DNA from: Cetorhinus maximus
Taxonomy: Eukaryota
Length of the DNA stretch: 64,000 bases
Reading direction: 5' to 3'
Assembly: GCF_964194155.1 (NCBI RefSeq)
Contig: NC_135898.1
Coordinates: forward strand, 13,516,001-13,580,000
The notes under the pieces were generated by a model that had not been told where the DNA came from, ran no database searches, and worked only from the letters and a program-made list of their open reading frames with translations. Positions 59,401 through 64,000 of this stretch are shown here, piece by piece. Positions within the stretch are counted from its first letter, which is position 1. Each line of letters opens with the position of its first letter. Position numbers and translations under genes: made by a program.

Positions 59401-62400
59401 ACCAACAGTAAACACATCAACTGACCCTGAACGTACTGGGATCGTAAACATGGAGCTTCCTGGTGGTCTGTGACTCAGTTGCATTACTGGGTGGTGCATA
59501 GAATCACTGAGCAATGGTGAAGCATTCCATGTGTCAGAAAAGTGTGAGGTGACAGGAATGCACTGCAAACATGGTGGGCACCACAGGGACTAGTGTAATC
59601 TAAAAATGACACTGCCAATTCAAATACAGCAGTTCTAACCTCTCAGTGAAGATGGGCAGATGCTTGGCATACACTCGTCGCAGAGGGATTTTGTCTTCAA
59701 CCTCCATGTGGGTAAGAATTAGGCAGAATACTTTGTCGTAGCGATTTGCTCTCTGTTGTCCGCGGGTGACGTGTGATTTCTCCAGAAGTGGGAGCAGGTC
59801 AAGTAAGCAGGGCAGCACAGTCTGAAATAGAGAAGGAAGCAGCAGTTATTAGTAACATCAGAGGTCACGCTGCCACTTTCACTGCAAATCCAGAACTGAG
59901 GATGTGCGAATTAAACAGAAAACACAGAACAGTGGAATTACTTAGCACAGGTCGACGACCTGTTGAGAGAACGAGTCTCCAGGGTGACTCGAGCAATGAC
60001 GTTCTGTTGAAATGTGGCTGTAAAGACTGTTAGTCAGATGAAGGTACAGTTTACAAACTGTCTGCCAGTGCAGGCCTTGGGTTAACAGGATGGATCAGTG
60101 ACAAGTCCCGGATCAGTGACAAGTCCCGGATCTGTAATGACAGCTACATTCAGAGGGGAAGAGGACAAGAATGAGGCAGGATTACTCTCGCCAATCTTTA
60201 CTGACCAACATAAATCAAAACGAGTGCTGAACATGGGGAAAACCATGAACGTGAAGTGACAAAATAGTTTAGTCCTTCTACCATGTGGCTCTGCTCATGA
60301 ATCACACAACAGTTCATCACCTGCAGGGCTCAAGAGTCACGGTCTTGTTTCTCTCCTGTACAAACTAACAGATATTAGGGAAGATTTAGAAATTTTGAAC
60401 CTGTAACTGCTGCCTTAAAATTAATGTGGCATATTAAGAGAATTGGAGTCAAACTCCCTGGAGGACACAGAAGGAGAGCACAACTCACCTGAATGAGCGA
60501 AACTTCTGGAGTGTACAAGTGATTGTAGAGAGCGTGGTACACTACCTGCGCTCGGTTATACTGTAAGAGTTCTGCAGCAGGCTGAAACAAGAGAACATGA
60601 AGCTGTCAGACACGGACACATTCAAACCCTTCCAATCTGGTGTACCAACACAGAACACACACATTTTTGAGGAACAGGAAAACTATTGGGCCCAACCATG
60701 TCCTTTTTAATAGACCCACCTTCTCATCATTGTCCTCAATCTCTTCACACTCCAGCAGTAAAAATAATTGTCTCCTGAGCTCATACTTACTGTCCACTGG
60801 AATAACTCCCTACCCAACCCCCAGCATCACATCAATTTTGATTAATAGTTTATGTCTCATTGGTGAAAAGAACATTCCTTCAGTTTAGGAAAGAAAGAAC
60901 TGTTATTTATACAGCATCTTAAAACATGTCAAGGTGCTTCATATCCAATTAATCTTTTGAAGTGTCATTGCTGTTCTGTCGGTAAACACAGCAGAGGATG
61001 TTCGTACAGCAAACTCCCACAAACACCGAATAAGACGACTATTGGCCTGGACACTGGGAGAACTCATTCTTCACATTGTACTGTGGAATCTCTCACATCC
61101 ACAGGAAAATTTGGAACAGACATGTTTCACACTTTGTCACAAACTCAGGCAGACTTGTCTGCAATTTGCCATCTACGTGATTTCTCCCCACCTCATGGTT
61201 CCCACTCTCCGGCCTCCACGTACCACATTGTTAATGATGTGCTGGAGACACCTCACGCCCAGTATCTTATTCTCTGTCCTGTAGTCGTCTGAGAAGAGGA
61301 GGGATGGTGGCAGCACTACGTCCAGGTGCTCAGCCAGCCACGGCCTCCTCACCCTCTGCAGCAACCACCGAAATACATGTTTTGTGGCTGGATTCAACTT
61401 CCACGTGTTTCTGTAGAAATTTGCACACACAAATCAGTTACTGGCACTCTGTTAAAAATTGGGTTAAAAAACACAAAAAAAAGAGTGCAGTGACATGACA
61501 CACCAACTGGTGAGAAAATCTTAGCTGGAGGAGAGAGCTGTGTGCATTTCCTGCTGGGAGCATGGGATATACTGAGTTCCAGCTACAACATGATATAGAC
61601 TGAACACAGCTCAGCACAGAATGACACAGTATAGAGGCTACCTGTAGTGGGATAAATTTTCTCTTATTTGATCCCCCTCTTCCTTCCAGTTGAAGTGAAT
61701 TACAATGTCTAGCAAAGGGAGGGGACCACCTGGTCAAACAGCGGGAATGACAAATAATCAAACACTGGTTCAGACTCACTTGTTCATTTGTGGTTTCATC
61801 AGATGCAGCACAGCTCCCAGGACTCCCCTGCCTTCCTCTTCTGCCCCACACAGGAGCTCCGTGATGGTCTTGCACCCCGCTGCCTGCACTGAGGCTGCCA
61901 GCAGCTCATCTGCAGCAAGCCGAGATGCCGCACTGGTCCATGCTTTCTCCTGGCAGTGTGTGGCGCAGAAAATAACCAGATGCGGCAAAATGGCTCTCAG
62001 AACAGAGTCTGGCGAAATAGTGGGGTGGTGAGTTGTTGCTTGCTCTGGCCTTGCTGATAGTTTACTGAGGAGAGGTTGAAACGTTTGGGCCACATTGCAG
62101 GCCCTCTCGGGTATCATGTGATAAGCACTGTCAGGCAGCTCGCCACTGTCAGTCTCACATATGGGCAGTGCTGAGTACTGGGTCAGAGCGGCTGTCAGAT
62201 TAACGTACATTTGAACGATATCTGACACATCGTTTTGGCAGCAGCTGAGAAGCCAGAGAGGGTCGCCCTGTAGAAACAAATCCCTTGCATCGTCCAAAAC
62301 TGATCCTTTGTGCCTCGTTAGTTTCTCATTTGACATGTCCCCCAGAATTTTCCTTAGAACATGCTGGACTGTTGGTACTTGCTCCCTTTGATAACCAAAC

Positions 62401-62465
62401 TCTTCTACCGACTTGCTTTTGCCTGCCAGGTGCAGTTTCTGAATGATTTCTGAAGGATCTTCCAT
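56429..62465 (-). CDS. TTI2: TELO2-interacting protein 2 (TTT complex subunit, 511 aa)
   Basis: Coding exons (minus) 62465-61780, 61410-61224, 60581-60489, 59821-59640, 58980-58837, 58744-58582 and 56509-56429 total 1536 nt, all GT-AG and in phase. Peptides WKLNPATKHVFRW, LPPSLLFSDDYRTENKILGVRCLQHI, PAAELLQYNRAQVVYHAL, RLGILVVRHLKRLQRVILGYLEVYDGPEE. Convergent with MAK16. Confidence 0.95.
56670..58174 (-). mobile_element. Penelope-like element: 5'-truncated, GIY-YIG domain, inverted terminal repeats, 13-bp TSD
   Basis: FLNRGFPPTVVDRAL, CNRRRCNTC and LVYCIRCS*CGFLHIGETKRSLSDRFAEH (GIY-YIG). 56670-56790 is inverted relative to 58020-58140. CCTTAAAAACCCA at 56657-56669 and 58175-58187. Confidence 0.88.
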
Positions 62466-63407
62466 GATACCTTTTCGTTGGCTTGGTCCACAATCAGAAA
62501 TTCATACTTAGCCTGGGGAAAAAACAGCAATTTTTTTTTGTACTCAAGGCAGTTTGTACCAAGCACCAGCAGAGCGCATATACCAGACTACAGACACCGG
62601 AGCAGATGTTTCAACTAAGCAGCCGAACATCTCTGCAAAACAAAGCAGATTGTCAAAGTGTTTAAGGACTACAACTTAGAGGGAAAAGTTGACCCTTGGT
62701 CACTTCTCAGGTCGCAGAGTACATCTGTTACATTAATTACCTGATTTATTTCAATCCTGGTTTAGCATAAATTCAGAACCAACAGTTTATCAGAACAGCA
62801 GAAATCTTATGTCCCAGCACATTTATGTAAAAACCTTTGGTGTATTACAGTGGCAGGAATCTAGTTTTGAAACTGAAGCCCTGTAACGTAACACAACTAG
62901 TAAGCCACTGAATAAAGAAATGTGGTTTTTAAAATCTGAAGCACACTCTGGATCTTTCCACGTCCCTGAACAGATTTGAGATTCCCTGTCTCGGTTGAGT
63001 CAGGAGTTGACAAGACGACGACAGGCCGGGAAGGCCATCTTAGCTCACCCGTCCTGCAAATCCCACAGCCTTTCTCAGTGTTGCATCCCAGTCCAGGGAC
63101 TCCAGGGATTTCTCCCTCCTCCTCCCACATCACAGGATCAGAGAAACCTACATTCAGCTCATGCTCCAACATCTCTCACCCCCCCACCCCCCCCACCCAG
63201 TCAAAGCCCAATTGATGGAAAGTTAAAAGTTAAGGAAAAATCGCAAATGTTGCGGGGGGAGGTGCACAGACTAGAAGGGCCGAATGGCCTGTTTTCTGTG
63301 CTGTAATGTTCTATGGTTCTAAATGGACAGCAGCTGCATTCAGCATCCAGAAGAGAAACGAGGCGGTGAAACCTGCCTTTTCTCTGTCCGGGCTGTGCAT
63401 TTCCAGC

Positions 63408-63445
63408 ATTATTATTATTATTGTTATTATTGTTGTTGTTGTTGT
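63408..63445. repeat. (ATT)n/(GTT)n compound microsatellite
   Basis: Seen directly in the sequence. Confidence 0.8.
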
Positions 63446-63499
63446 GATTTGCCTCCCATGTGTTGATGCCTCTTTGTGTGAAGCGGCATTTTGCTGCTC

Positions 63500-63900
63500 C
63501 TCAGTCCGTCCAGCGGCGCCGAGAGGGGCGGACGGGACGGGGTGCGGTTCACAGCCTCCAGCGGCAAAGCCAGGCTCCCGGCCCAGTCAGCCGAGCGCCG
63601 GAGGCTGGGGGAGGCCCCGAGGGCCCAGTCGCCCCGGCTCGGGGCCGCCCAGAGCAGATGCGCCTCTCCGTCCCATCGTCAAGAAACGCCTCACCTGCCT
63701 CCCCGCCGACGGCTCGGCGTCTGCTTCCGGTCAGAGAGACCTGAAAAAAAACCGCCATGAGGGAGGGAGAGAGAGATAGGGGGGGGGGAGGAAACTCCCA
63801 CCCGGACCAGATAACCCGGCGGACCCCACCAGTGCACTGGGTGTCACCGCCATTCCGGCTTCCGGAAACCCGCAGCTCGCTCTTTGGTTCCGCCCCACCC
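63500..63900 (-). promoter_or_regulatory. CpG island: TTI2 promoter and probable non-coding exon 1
   Basis: High CpG density, several CCGGAA ETS-type motifs and a GC box. Minus-strand donor CAG|GTGAGG at 63695/63694; the coding exon has an acceptor at 62513/62512. Confidence 0.7.
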
Positions 63901-64000
63901 CTTCCCTTTGCTTGGGTAGAGGTTTGAGACTCTCCTCTTCAGCTCTGACCACTTTCTTCCAGTCACCTGTCCAAATTAAACGGAGCAAGTGTTGACCTCT

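Noticed and set aside
63306-63988. GC-rich ORFs at the window end as a new gene
   Set aside because: Explained by microsatellite and CpG-island composition of the TTI2 promoter; no recognisable domain. A divergent gene starting here cannot be excluded.

Overview
Vertebrate genomic DNA, most likely a cartilaginous fish (inferred from the CR1, L2, Tx1 and Penelope repeat families). It holds four intron-containing genes: the last 4 coding exons of a gamma-glutamyl hydrolase (GGH-like, +), and complete RNF122 (+), MAK16 (+) and TTI2 (-). An independently transcribed U13/SNORD13 snoRNA with an snRNA-type PSE lies between RNF122 and MAK16. Most of the rest is decayed transposons. The standout is a ~4 kb Gypsy-type LTR element (14390-18355) with LTRs, a tRNA-Leu PBS, a PPT and an integrase-tail remnant. 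Its interior carries host-derived coiled-coil coding sequence instead of a recognisable gag-pol: a UACA-family segment followed by an intronless segment of nucleoporin TPR. Also present are nested solo LTRs, Penelope-associated minimal hammerhead motifs, a four-layer retrotransposon nest and a 32-bp minisatellite. All homologies were recognised by eye against remembered sequences; no searches were run.
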